NCBI GenBank assembly: GCA_945860915.1
Contig: CAMARR010000001.1
Coordinates: 287,277-351,276, forward strand
From: Candidatus Kuenenia stuttgartensis
GTDB lineage: Bacteria; Planctomycetota; GCA-002687715; CAIWVZ01
Direction: 5' to 3'
DNA length: 64,000 nucleotides
The notes under the pieces were generated by a model. It saw nothing but the letters and a program-made list of their open reading frames with translations, was not told the DNA's origin and ran no database searches. This document shows positions 17,396 to 26,442 of the stretch, piece by piece; within the stretch, counting starts at the first letter, position 1; each line of letters starts with the position of its first letter. A program made the translations under genes and the position numbers.

Positions 17396-17977
17396 ATGCC
17401 TCGCATTGGAGTCTTCGGGGGGTCCTTTGATCCGATCCACAACGGCCACCTCATCGTCATCTCAGAGATGATCGAAGTGCTGTCACTAGATAAGCTCGTT
17501 GTGATTCCTGCGGCCCGATCTCCGCACAAGCCGCTTGGTTCATCGCTTACCGATTCACTACGACTTGCAGCGGTCAAGGCTGCGCTTAGTTCGTTCCCGC
17601 GCGTCGAAATCGATGAATGTGAACTGAATCGGCCGCCCCCGTCGTATACCTTCGACACATTGACGGAGCTGACTGACGCACGCCCCGACGCAGATTGGTA
17701 TCTGATCCTTGGCGCTGATTCGTTGAAGGACTTCCCACGTTGGAAGGACGCAGACGAGATCCTTCGACGCTGCACACTCGCTCTCGCGATGAGGCCTGGT
17801 TCGATCGTCGATCGAACTCCGATTGCAACTGCGTTTTCCAACGCGAAGGTGATTGAAGTCCCCACCACACCGTGTGGAATCTCGTCGACCCTAGTGAGAG
17901 CCCGCTGGCGCGCCGGCCTCACTCTCAAAGGGTACGTCCCGGACTCGGTTGCCGCGCTTCTCGACGCTGCGCGTTAG
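17396..17977 (+). CDS. nadD: Nicotinate-nucleotide adenylyltransferase
   Basis: 193 aa. GVFGGSFDPIHNGHL (GxFxPxHxGH) and the ISSTLVR motif. Confidence 0.9.
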   Translation: MPRIGVFGGSFDPIHNGHLIVISEMIEVLSLDKLVVIPAARSPHKPLGSSLTDSLRLAAVKAALSSFPRVEIDECELNRPPPSYTFDTLTELTDARPDADWYLILGADSLKDFPRWKDADEILRRCTLALAMRPGSIVDRTPIATAFSNAKVIEVPTTPCGISSTLVRARWRAGLTLKGYVPDSVAALLDAAR

Positions 17978-17978
17978 A

Positions 17979-19313
17979 TCACATTGCCCGTGCGGCAAGC
18001 TTCTCGCGAATCCAAAGCGTCATCGCATCATAGGAAAGCGTCACCTGTTCACTCGTCGCAAGACACTTGGCCGTGACGTCGCCGCGCTCCACCTCAGAAG
18101 CCCCTAAGATCACTACGATCGGTATGCCCTTGCGCTCCGCATACTGGAACTGCTTCTTGAGCCGATCCGCTTCGTAGTACCACTCAACTGCGAAACCCTG
18201 GCTTCGCAAGTTGGAAGCGACTTTCAACGCAAGGTCGACCGGAGTGTCGGAAAAACGGGAGATCAGGAGGTCCGTGGCACTTTCGCGCGCCCGCAACTTT
18301 CCGAGCTTCACCAACGCAGCCAATAGCCGTGTCAGACCGATGGAAACGCCGGTCGCTGGGACGGGTTCGCCGCCGAACAACGACAAAAGATCGTCATAGC
18401 GACCACCGCCGCCTAGACTTCCGAATCGCTCGATTTCAGTGGTGACGATTTCATAGACGGGCCCCGTGTAGTAATCGAGGCCACGGGTCAACGACAAGTC
18501 GACGCGAAGTCTTGTCTCAGGCACTCCGAGAGCGCGAGTGTGGCCCAACATGGCCTCAACCTCCAAAAGTCCCGTGTCGGCTTCTGCCACTCCCGTGAGG
18601 CGCCTTCTTGCCTCTCCGAGGACGACCTCGGGAGAACCTGTAAGTTGCATCAAGTCAACCAACTTCGTGATAGCTTCAACTGGCACACCGATCAGGCCGA
18701 GCTCACTGATGACTTCATCGAGCCCGATCTTGTCGAGCTTGTCGACTACGCGAAGGATCTCCTTGTCTCGCGTCGAAGGGAGCCCGGCGTATGCCATCAT
18801 GCCTCGAAGTAGTTTGCGATGGTTGATCTTGATCACGAACCCGTCCATGCCCGACGCCAGAATTCCGGCGTGCACGACCGCGAGGTTTTCCGCATCTGCA
18901 ACAAGTGACGACGTGCCGACCGTATCGACGTCGCACTGAATGAACTCGCGAAATCGACCTTGCGCGGGTTGTGCGCGATCGGCCCGCCACACTGGTTGGA
19001 TTTGATACCGCTTAAACGGCTTCGGCAGCTCCGGGTGCATCGCAACGAGTCGTGAAAGCGGCACCGTGAGGTCGTAGCGGAGGGCGAGTGTGTTTCCGTC
19101 GTCGTAGGCAAGTTTGTAAATCAACTTTTCGCCTTCGGCGCCATACTTGCCTAGGAGGATGTCGACGTACTCCATGGCGGGTGTCTCAACTGGGGCGAAT
19201 CCAAAGGCCTCGAAAGTCCGCGTTAGGGTCGCGACGAGTTCCTTCTGGGGAAGGAGTTCCGACGGCAGGACGTCGCGGGTTCCGTGGAATAGGCGGGCTT
19301 CTACGCTCGACAT
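17979..19313 (-). CDS. hisS: Histidine--tRNA ligase
   Basis: 444 aa class II aaRS. GTRDVLP, YDLTVPLSRLVA, RYQIQPVWRADRAQPAQGRFREFIQCDVD, GGGRYDDL, and a C-terminal anticodon-binding domain. Confidence 0.95.
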   Translation of the reverse strand: MSSVEARLFHGTRDVLPSELLPQKELVATLTRTFEAFGFAPVETPAMEYVDILLGKYGAEGEKLIYKLAYDDGNTLALRYDLTVPLSRLVAMHPELPKPFKRYQIQPVWRADRAQPAQGRFREFIQCDVDTVGTSSLVADAENLAVVHAGILASGMDGFVIKINHRKLLRGMMAYAGLPSTRDKEILRVVDKLDKIGLDEVISELGLIGVPVEAITKLVDLMQLTGSPEVVLGEARRRLTGVAEADTGLLEVEAMLGHTRALGVPETRLRVDLSLTRGLDYYTGPVYEIVTTEIERFGSLGGGGRYDDLLSLFGGEPVPATGVSIGLTRLLAALVKLGKLRARESATDLLISRFSDTPVDLALKVASNLRSQGFAVEWYYEADRLKKQFQYAERKGIPIVVILGASEVERGDVTAKCLATSEQVTLSYDAMTLWIREKLAARAM

Positions 19314-19485
19314 GGGATCCTGGCCTTTAGCCGGGGGAAAACCCCGGAGAACGGTGGCACGCTACCACCGGCAACGGCCCCGAAAAACGGGCGGATTCTC
19401 CTGCTTGACGAGGCATGTCAGTCCCCCTAAGATCCTCACCGCTCTAGGACTTGCGAACGTTCATCGTTCCGCATGGAGAATTTGG

Positions 19486-19881
19486 ATGTCGAAGATTGTT
19501 TTGGCTCTCTCACTCTCGGTGCTCACTCTCGGAGGCTGCGCCGTAGGCGTCGCATCCGCTGGTCGCGGCGGCAACAAGACCACCGATGGATCGCCCATCG
19601 CTGGGAACGGTCGTTACCTCGGTGACAACAGCTCGAGTTCGTCCTCCAGCGGCCACACAACGTTGGATCAGCTAGGCGACACCTATTCGTCCAGCTTCCG
19701 ACATATCGGAAGCTCGTTGAGCTACTACTTGCTCAGCGCCAACACGGAGTTCCCGCCTTACGAGACGTTCTGGGGCGATCAACTGCCGCGCGCTACCAAC
19801 GACATCGGCAAGACAATCGACCGTCACATATTCAATTTCGACTGGAATGATCCGTACGCGTCGTCGCGCTACGGTCGCTGA
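19486..19881 (+). CDS. Small lipoprotein, unknown function
   Basis: ATG 19486 with SD GGAG 7 nt upstream. Lipobox LTLGGC and a Ser-rich linker (NSSSSSSSG). The track ORF from 19147 is an upstream extension running antisense to hisS. Confidence 0.6.
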   Translation: MSKIVLALSLSVLTLGGCAVGVASAGRGGNKTTDGSPIAGNGRYLGDNSSSSSSSGHTTLDQLGDTYSSSFRHIGSSLSYYLLSANTEFPPYETFWGDQLPRATNDIGKTIDRHIFNFDWNDPYASSRYGR

Positions 19882-19941
19882 TGGCTGAACGACGCCGGCC
19901 GTCAGGCCTTGCGTCTGCCTCGCGCTGATTCAGTCCTGACA

Positions 19942-19970
19942 GGGGAGCTCTTTCATACGAAGGGCTCCCT
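19942..19970. terminator. Candidate bidirectional hairpin between convergent genes
   Basis: GGGGAGC...GCTCCCT stem (7 bp plus inner wobble pairs) in the 99-nt gap between the stops at 19881 (+) and 19981 (-). Confidence 0.35.
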
Positions 19971-19980
19971 TGCTCTATGT

Positions 19981-20943
19981 CTACACTCGGTTCTGGGTAA
20001 GACTTGGGAACTTCGCCGCAATTCCGTCGAGGATGCGAACGGGTGCTTCGAGCACATCTGTGTCGTTCGCCGCTTCGATCCATAAGTCATGCGGTATCTT
20101 GCGCAGCCAAGTCAGTTGTTTCCGCGCAAACTTCCGAGTGTTGGCCGAGATGATTTCGGTCGCCGCCGCTTGAGTCAACAGCCCATTCACCACTGCGGCG
20201 ACCTCCTCATATCCCAATGCGGCACTTGAGGTACGGCCGAATCCCCCCTGCAGGAGAATTCGGCGCACTTCGTCGACCCACCCAAGATTGAACATCTCAC
20301 GGACACGCGCGTCGATTCGATCATCCAACTGGTCTCGACGCCACGTCAAAACGGCTGTGTAGCGTGGGAACGTCGATCGGACCGTGCCCTCCCTTTGAAG
20401 TTCAGAGATGGGGCGTCCAGTGAGATGGTGGACCTCCAACGCCCGCTCAATGCGCTTCTGATCGTTCGGATGAAGGCGCGCGGCAGTTGCTGGATCGACG
20501 GCGGCCAGTCGCGCATGAAGCGCTGTCAAGCCGATTGTTTCAACCTCTTGGCGGAACGCGTCCCGAAACACCGCATTCGCATCCGGCCCCTCGAACACCC
20601 CTTGGAGGAACCCATGAAGATAGAGCTGCGTACCACCGACAACGACTGGCGTTCTGTCCTTTGCAACAAGTTCGCGCCGAATTGTCTGAGCGCGATTCAC
20701 GTAAGTACGAAGATCCATGCTCTCTTTTGGTGACAGAATATCGAGTAGGTGGTGTGGAACTCCCCGACGTTCGACGAGGCTCGGCTTCGCCGTACCGATG
20801 TCCATACCCACGTAAACCTTCATGGAATCCAATGAGATGACCTCGCCGTGGAGCGCGGCCGCAACGATCGCACCCGTTCGGTTCTTTCCAGACGCGGTGG
20901 TCCCCGTGAGAACTACCACCGGTGCTGTGTCGACATCCTCCAT
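19981..20943 (-). CDS. miaA: tRNA dimethylallyltransferase
   Basis: P-loop GTTASGKN, SLDSMKVYVGMDIGTAKP, HHLLD. ATG 20943 is preferred over the TTG track start at 20979. Confidence 0.9.
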   Translation of the reverse strand: MEDVDTAPVVVLTGTTASGKNRTGAIVAAALHGEVISLDSMKVYVGMDIGTAKPSLVERRGVPHHLLDILSPKESMDLRTYVNRAQTIRRELVAKDRTPVVVGGTQLYLHGFLQGVFEGPDANAVFRDAFRQEVETIGLTALHARLAAVDPATAARLHPNDQKRIERALEVHHLTGRPISELQREGTVRSTFPRYTAVLTWRRDQLDDRIDARVREMFNLGWVDEVRRILLQGGFGRTSSAALGYEEVAAVVNGLLTQAAATEIISANTRKFARKQLTWLRKIPHDLWIEAANDTDVLEAPVRILDGIAAKFPSLTQNRV

Positions 20944-21003
20944 GAGCACCTTGTACCGATTCAGACGGGAGGACAACAACGCGCGCTGATAGGATCTTGG
21001 AAC

Positions 21004-21711
21004 ATGTCGCCCCCGTTTCCGTCAACTAGCTGGCGCCGCGGACTGGTCAAGATTCTCGGCAGTGCCCATTTCCTTCACACCCGTGTCGGAGTTCTTGTCA
21101 CTTGGGTCCTTCTAACTTGGGCTGTTACGACGCTCTCGGTTGCCCTGAGCGCTCGGATATGGCCAGAAGCCAACGACTCGACGTTTGATCCCCCGACGAA
21201 TCCTCGTGTCATACGTTCCGGCAGTACCTTGACGTTCATCGGCTCCGTTCCGTGGATCGGACGGGATCGAGCAGGCTCAGTCCAGCGGTCAATCGGTGAT
21301 CCGATTCCGGAATCCCTGACGCCGCCCTTCGTTCACTACGGTAGCCAAGTGGTGACCCTAAGCGGGCCACAGGGGCGACGCACGGCCCTCCCTGAGGATC
21401 TCGAGCGTGACACACGGCGTGGCCTCCTCCTTGGCCACGCTACGGCACTGCTCGCAGAAGCAGGATTGATGGGGTTTGCCTCGCGAATTCTTGCCAAGGC
21501 CCGCGGGCCGGCTCTTACGGGCCCCCTCATCGCGCGTTTCCTTGCTGCGTCGTTCATCCCCGCTGCGATTCTAGGCTGCGTGGCCGGAGTCTTGATGCCC
21601 TCGTTTCCGTTTGCGCTAGAGGGTGCCTTCGCCGCGATCCTCGCCGCAAACCTCCTGTGTCTTGTCCTGGATCCCTGTTGGGGAATTCGCAAATTGGAGC
21701 CTCGGTCATGA
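21004..21711 (+). CDS. Hypothetical membrane protein
   Basis: ATG 21004. N-terminal TM (VGVLVTWVLLTWAVTTLSVAL) and C-terminal hydrophobic segments. The part of the track ORF upstream of 21004 is antisense to miaA. Confidence 0.5.
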   Translation: MSPPFPSTSWRRGLVKILGSAHFLHTRVGVLVTWVLLTWAVTTLSVALSARIWPEANDSTFDPPTNPRVIRSGSTLTFIGSVPWIGRDRAGSVQRSIGDPIPESLTPPFVHYGSQVVTLSGPQGRRTALPEDLERDTRRGLLLGHATALLAEAGLMGFASRILAKARGPALTGPLIARFLAASFIPAAILGCVAGVLMPSFPFALEGAFAAILAANLLCLVLDPCWGIRKLEPRS

Positions 21712-22577
21712 TTCGACTTCTGGTCGCAGCGTTCATTCCCTTCGTCGTGATGGCGCAAGTCGCCGATTCCAAGCCGACTAGCCGGGGCACCCATGTTGAT
21801 GGCGCCGCGGTTTCGGCCGTTAATGATCCGGCAGCGCAAGCCCTATTCGCGAAGGCATCCGCGACACAAATCAAAGGAGAGTCGGCCTTTGAAGTCCGAG
21901 ACTTTCAGGCCGATCTAGAGGCCACGATCTACGAAAAGGACAAGGACACCGGCGAACAGGCCGCCCGCTCGGCACACCTGACACAATTTTTTCGATTCAA
22001 TGCAACAAGCCGCCCGTCGTATCGGAGCGACCGCTTCGAGCCTTTAACTAAGAAGCAAGTAACCAAGGGCTTCGACGGCAACTCACACTGGATGAAGCTC
22101 GGACGCGAACCCGCACGCGAACTCATCGGGCGCGAAGATCAGGAAGATCGCCGTTCCACCACCAACGAAGTCAATCGCACCACGGACATGTTGTCGTGCT
22201 TGGTGCTTCGCAACCTCATGGTGGAAGGCGCCACGTACCACACGCTCGGATCGCTCGTCTTGACGCCGGGCGGCAAGTCTGTGCGCGCGCAGGGCATTCT
22301 GCTTCGACGACCGAAAGGTGGGCTGATTGAGATCTGGGTCGTGGGCGACGACGCGTCGCTTGTTGCGTTGCGGCGTTCCTCGGATGAGGGATCGAAAGAA
22401 CTCCTCGTGATGTCGCAGCACCGACCGTTGGTCGTTGGCAGCCACACGATCTCGATGCCCTATGTGATTGAATCATTCGACGGCGACCGCCTGATCCTCG
22501 AGGCGAGAGCGTCAAGCACGACCGCGATCAAAGTGAATTCAGGAATCGAGGATGCCGTTTTTTCGCTCCCGCGCTGA
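21708..22577 (+). CDS. Hypothetical secreted protein
   Basis: ATG 21708 forms an ATGA overlap with the upstream stop. Signal peptide MIRLLVAAFIPFVVMAQVA. No motif recognised. Confidence 0.55.
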   Translation: MIRLLVAAFIPFVVMAQVADSKPTSRGTHVDGAAVSAVNDPAAQALFAKASATQIKGESAFEVRDFQADLEATIYEKDKDTGEQAARSAHLTQFFRFNATSRPSYRSDRFEPLTKKQVTKGFDGNSHWMKLGREPARELIGREDQEDRRSTTNEVNRTTDMLSCLVLRNLMVEGATYHTLGSLVLTPGGKSVRAQGILLRRPKGGLIEIWVVGDDASLVALRRSSDEGSKELLVMSQHRPLVVGSHTISMPYVIESFDGDRLILEARASSTTAIKVNSGIEDAVFSLPR

Positions 22578-24404
22578 TCACTTCTTGCGCTGGAAACGAA
22601 GCTCGAGATCTGCAAGCGACACCTCGAGCGCAACGTTGCGACCGTGCGGGCAATTTCTAGCCTCGGGATGTTCCAATTCATAACGGACGAGAGTCTCGAT
22701 CAGCGGCTCGGGGAGCGAATCACCGAATTTGACCGCGGACCTGCAGGCCAGATTTGCGATGACGTCTCGAATCAGCTCATCGCGTGACGGTGCACGATGG
22801 CCGGCCCGCAGCGTCTCAATGACCGCCTCGAAAACTCGACGGGGCGCGACGTTTCGTAGGGGCAGAGGGACGCTTCGAAGTGCGATCGCCACGGACCCAA
22901 ACGGCTCCACGGAGAGCCCGACGGAGGAGAGACTTTCGGCATGGTCCAAGATCGTTGCAAGATCAATAGGACCGAGTTCAACGACTTCGGGCACTAGAAG
23001 CAACTGATCTTCAACGTCACGCGTGGACAATCGTCCCATGAGTTCATCAAAGAGTTTCCGCTCATGAAGCGCATGCTGATCAAGGATTCGTATGCCCCGG
23101 ACGGTCTCGACGACGACGTACGAGCGATGGACCTGGAGGAAGCGAATGGCGGGCGCATTCCCTAAAAACAACCCGCTTTGGGGAACATCGGGTGGCGCTA
23201 CGGAGTCCCGAGTCGCCTGTGCGTCACTCGCAGAACTCTCGAGGACCTGCTTCGTGAAGACCCCACCCTCAGGCATATCCCAAGGGAGAACGCCAAGATT
23301 TAAGGGCGGGACTGAGCCCAACACAGGAGCCCGACGCGCGTCTCGAGATACCGCCGAGTCCCTAGGCCTCACGCTGTCAAAAGGCATGACATTCGGCACG
23401 TTCAGGCGATGAGCCCCTGGCGCTGCCTCAAGCCGCGAACGAACGCCGCGCACGATGAGTGAAAATAGGCTGTCTGGATCTCGAAACCGAACTTCACTCT
23501 TGGTCGGGTGGACATTCACATCCACCTCCGCCGGGTCTACAGATAGAAAGATGAATGCGATCGGATGGTCCTTCGGCATGATCAGACCTCGATAGGCCTC
23601 GACAATGGCGAATGACAGCTTGCGGTCCTTAATCCAGCGTCCGTTCACGAAGATGTGCTGCGATCTGGCCGTCGCTTTGACGAGGTCCACCGGAGAGACA
23701 AAGGCCTGTAACCGCGATGTTCCACGCTCACATTCCACATCAAGCAGGCGAGATCCGTCGGCATCCCCAACTGCATCAACAACGCGCTCACGCCGGGACC
23801 GCACCGCAGGAAAGTTAAGCGTGAGCCGGTCCTCGGATCGAAGTTCGAGTGAGAACCCTGGGTCAGGGAGCACCATTTTGAGAAGAAGCTCTGAAATGGC
23901 GGCTGACTCCGCGCGTACTGACTTCAAGAACTTCCGACGTGCAGGCACATTGAAGAACAGGTTCCGAACTTCGACCGAAGTCCCGAGCGGAGCGCCCGCA
24001 TCCGAGGGCGGACTCACGACCCCAGCATCGACGACAATCCGAGAACCAACCGCCGATGATGTCATTCGAGAAGTGATTTGAAGCCGTGCGACTGAACCGA
24101 TCGACGGAAGGGCTTCACCCCGAAAGCCATATGTCGCGACGCGAAACAGGTCGTCGACATCCGAGATCTTCGACGTGGCGTGCGGAAGAATGCACAGTGC
24201 GAGCTCGTCTGACGACATTCCACATCCGTCGTCCGTGACACGAATGAGCTTCAGTCCCCCATCTTCCAACTCAACCACAATTCGCCGCGCGCCAGAGTCA
24301 AGTGCATTTTCCACCAGCTCTTTGACAACGCTGGCCGGCCGCTCGACTACTTCACCTGCGGCGATTCGATTGGCGACCTCAGGAGGAAGTACTCGAAGAG
24401 TCAC
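22578..24404 (-). CDS. mutL: DNA mismatch repair endonuclease MutL
   Basis: 608 aa. GHKL ATPase N-terminus RIAAGEVVERPASVVKELVENALDSGA. C-terminal endonuclease motif DQHALHERKLFDEL. Confidence 0.95.
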   Translation of the reverse strand: MTLRVLPPEVANRIAAGEVVERPASVVKELVENALDSGARRIVVELEDGGLKLIRVTDDGCGMSSDELALCILPHATSKISDVDDLFRVATYGFRGEALPSIGSVARLQITSRMTSSAVGSRIVVDAGVVSPPSDAGAPLGTSVEVRNLFFNVPARRKFLKSVRAESAAISELLLKMVLPDPGFSLELRSEDRLTLNFPAVRSRRERVVDAVGDADGSRLLDVECERGTSRLQAFVSPVDLVKATARSQHIFVNGRWIKDRKLSFAIVEAYRGLIMPKDHPIAFIFLSVDPAEVDVNVHPTKSEVRFRDPDSLFSLIVRGVRSRLEAAPGAHRLNVPNVMPFDSVRPRDSAVSRDARRAPVLGSVPPLNLGVLPWDMPEGGVFTKQVLESSASDAQATRDSVAPPDVPQSGLFLGNAPAIRFLQVHRSYVVVETVRGIRILDQHALHERKLFDELMGRLSTRDVEDQLLLVPEVVELGPIDLATILDHAESLSSVGLSVEPFGSVAIALRSVPLPLRNVAPRRVFEAVIETLRAGHRAPSRDELIRDVIANLACRSAVKFGDSLPEPLIETLVRYELEHPEARNCPHGRNVALEVSLADLELRFQRKK

Positions 24405-25534
24405 CGTCGTCCCCCCGACAAGACGCGGAAGCCGAGCGACTCAGCGATGAATGTCTCAAGAAGCACTCTGGGCGGACCGCCCCCAGACTTCAAGGCTCGA
24501 TCGAGCGCGACGATCCGTTCCAAAACTCGCGAGCGATCACGACGCATCCACACGTCGGTCTGCTCACGGAACCGCGCAGCGAACGTGCGGTAGACCCCGG
24601 CGGCTTCCGCCGCTTCATCAAACGAAGCACCTCGGTCCAGTCTCTCGCACGCGTGAAGCAACTTTCGAACCTTTGAGGCGATCGCGGCGGTGCAGAGAAT
24701 CGCGACACTCTGGGGATCATTGTTGCGACGCCCGTTTGGCTCCTCGACACCCAACTCAAAGAGCGCGTCGCACAAAATGAATGCCTGCTTAGTGTCCGCG
24801 GACGCAACCGCCTCCGCGAGATCGAACGCCGGAGTGGATCGTGACGAAACCACGGTTGCTTCAATGTGCTCCGCTGTGATTGCGCCCGAAGGCCCTGTGA
24901 ACGTGATGAGTTTCTCGATCTGCGAGACGAGCCCTCGAAGATCGGAACCCGCTCGCTCCTGAAGCAAATGCGCATCAACCGGGCGAATCACCTTGCCTCG
25001 CCGTTTCGTCTCGGCGCAAATCCACTGAACCAGTTCAGTATCGAATGCCGATCCCCCCCAAGGTGGCGGCGTGGACCAGAGCGGATCGCATCGAATGACG
25101 ACTCCCGATGCAGCCTCGACCGCTCCGGCAAGGCCGGCTGCAGCCGTGGCCTTCGTCTTCGCCCCGGTGGCTCCTGCCTTAGTGGCCTTGGCCACAAGAC
25201 TCTCACCCTCGAGCACCAATCTATGAGCCATCTCGCCAGATGAAATCAACGCGATGAGAGACTCAGAATGCTGTTTAACTAGGTGGTCCGCAGCGCGAAC
25301 CCGGACCAAGCGGGTACCGCCAAAAAGGGACCCCGTTCTCATCCCCTCAAGGAACTCCCCAAGATCGAATCCTGCCCCGTCTCGCGCTGAGGGCCCATCG
25401 ACCGACTCGACGTCATCACATGTTGCCGCGATCATGTCGATCACGCGTTCGCGGAAGTAGGCTTCATCCCCCGTGACAAGTGCCACCTGAACGCTCTTCG
25501 GGTCGCCCTTAGCAAGAAACTCCTGAGCCTTCAT
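24401..25534 (-). CDS. holA: DNA polymerase III delta subunit
   Basis: 377 aa. HolA-like layout: N-terminal LVTGDEAYF, central DLRGLVSQIEKLITF, C-terminal helical domain. 4-nt overlaps on both sides. Assignment is by overall resemblance only. Confidence 0.7.
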   Translation of the reverse strand: MKAQEFLAKGDPKSVQVALVTGDEAYFRERVIDMIAATCDDVESVDGPSARDGAGFDLGEFLEGMRTGSLFGGTRLVRVRAADHLVKQHSESLIALISSGEMAHRLVLEGESLVAKATKAGATGAKTKATAAAGLAGAVEAASGVVIRCDPLWSTPPPWGGSAFDTELVQWICAETKRRGKVIRPVDAHLLQERAGSDLRGLVSQIEKLITFTGPSGAITAEHIEATVVSSRSTPAFDLAEAVASADTKQAFILCDALFELGVEEPNGRRNNDPQSVAILCTAAIASKVRKLLHACERLDRGASFDEAAEAAGVYRTFAARFREQTDVWMRRDRSRVLERIVALDRALKSGGGPPRVLLETFIAESLGFRVLSGGRR

Positions 25535-26442
25535 AGTCGTCCCTCGAACGCTAAATCTGCTAGCGATGTCACAAGGACCACGGCTGAGATCAAAATGTTG
25601 ACGTTAAAGAACGCTCGGTCGACCTGTGAAAGGTCGTCGGGCTTCACCAAGCGATGTTCGTGAATCAGCAGAAGGGCCACGACGAAGGTGCCGAAATGAA
25701 ACACAGCTCCAAGATCCAGGAGAAGCGCCGCCATGGTCAGAAGAAGTGGAACCAATGCATGAAACACTCTCGCGAAAACCAGCGCCCGGCTGATTCCCCA
25801 ATTGGCAGGGATACTGTGCAATCCTAGAGATCGATCGTGTTCGACATCCTGACAGGAGTAGATCACATCAAAACCTGCCGTCCAAGCCATCACGGCCGCT
25901 CCAAGCGCGATGATTCCCAACGTGCCACCGTCCCAGGCACCACCGACCGCCAGATATGCGCCGATCGGTGCGAGCCCTAGCGCGCCACCGAGGACAAGGT
26001 GGCAGAGCGCCGAGACGCGCTTCATGTAGGAATAGCCGAGAATCACTGTGAGAGCGATGAGCGAGAGCTTTCCGCACAGAGGATTGAGCGAAATCGAGGC
26101 AGCAACGAAAACCACCGTGGACACTGCTATTAGGAACACCATCGTGCGAACAGGGACCTCTCCCGTTACGGATGGGCGGCCTCGCGTTCGCGGGTTTGAC
26201 GCATCGAACTTCCGATCAACCAAGCGATTGAAGGTCATTGCCGCTGTCCGTGCCGCAACCATGCAGACGACAACAAGAACAAGCGAAATCCATGGAACAT
26301 TCGAAAGTCCCCCATGTGCGGCAGCTCCAAGTAGAGCCCCTACAATCGCGTAGGGAAGCGCAAAAAGGGTGTGAGAGAAACGAATGAGCTTTAGCAGGGC
26401 GGTTCCAGACTCCAGCGAGGGTGCGAGACCTGAGCCACTCAC
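25531..26442 (-). CDS. UbiA-family aromatic prenyltransferase (4-hydroxybenzoate polyprenyltransferase-like)
   Basis: Asp-rich motifs NRLVDRKFDASNPRTRGRP and YSCQDVEHDRSLGLHS. About nine TM segments. GTG 26442 overlaps the CPBP stop (GTGA). The track start at 26490 would overlap by 52 nt. Confidence 0.85.
   Translation of the reverse strand: MSGSGLAPSLESGTALLKLIRFSHTLFALPYAIVGALLGAAAHGGLSNVPWISLVLVVVCMVAARTAAMTFNRLVDRKFDASNPRTRGRPSVTGEVPVRTMVFLIAVSTVVFVAASISLNPLCGKLSLIALTVILGYSYMKRVSALCHLVLGGALGLAPIGAYLAVGGAWDGGTLGIIALGAAVMAWTAGFDVIYSCQDVEHDRSLGLHSIPANWGISRALVFARVFHALVPLLLTMAALLLDLGAVFHFGTFVVALLLIHEHRLVKPDDLSQVDRAFFNVNILISAVVLVTSLADLAFEGRL

Noticed and set aside
19331-19347. CCGGGG-GAAAA-CCCCGG hairpin in the hisS upstream region as an attenuator or T-box-like element
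   Set aside because: It is only a 6-bp stem, and there is no specifier or T-box sequence and no U-tract. The evidence is insufficient for any regulatory call.
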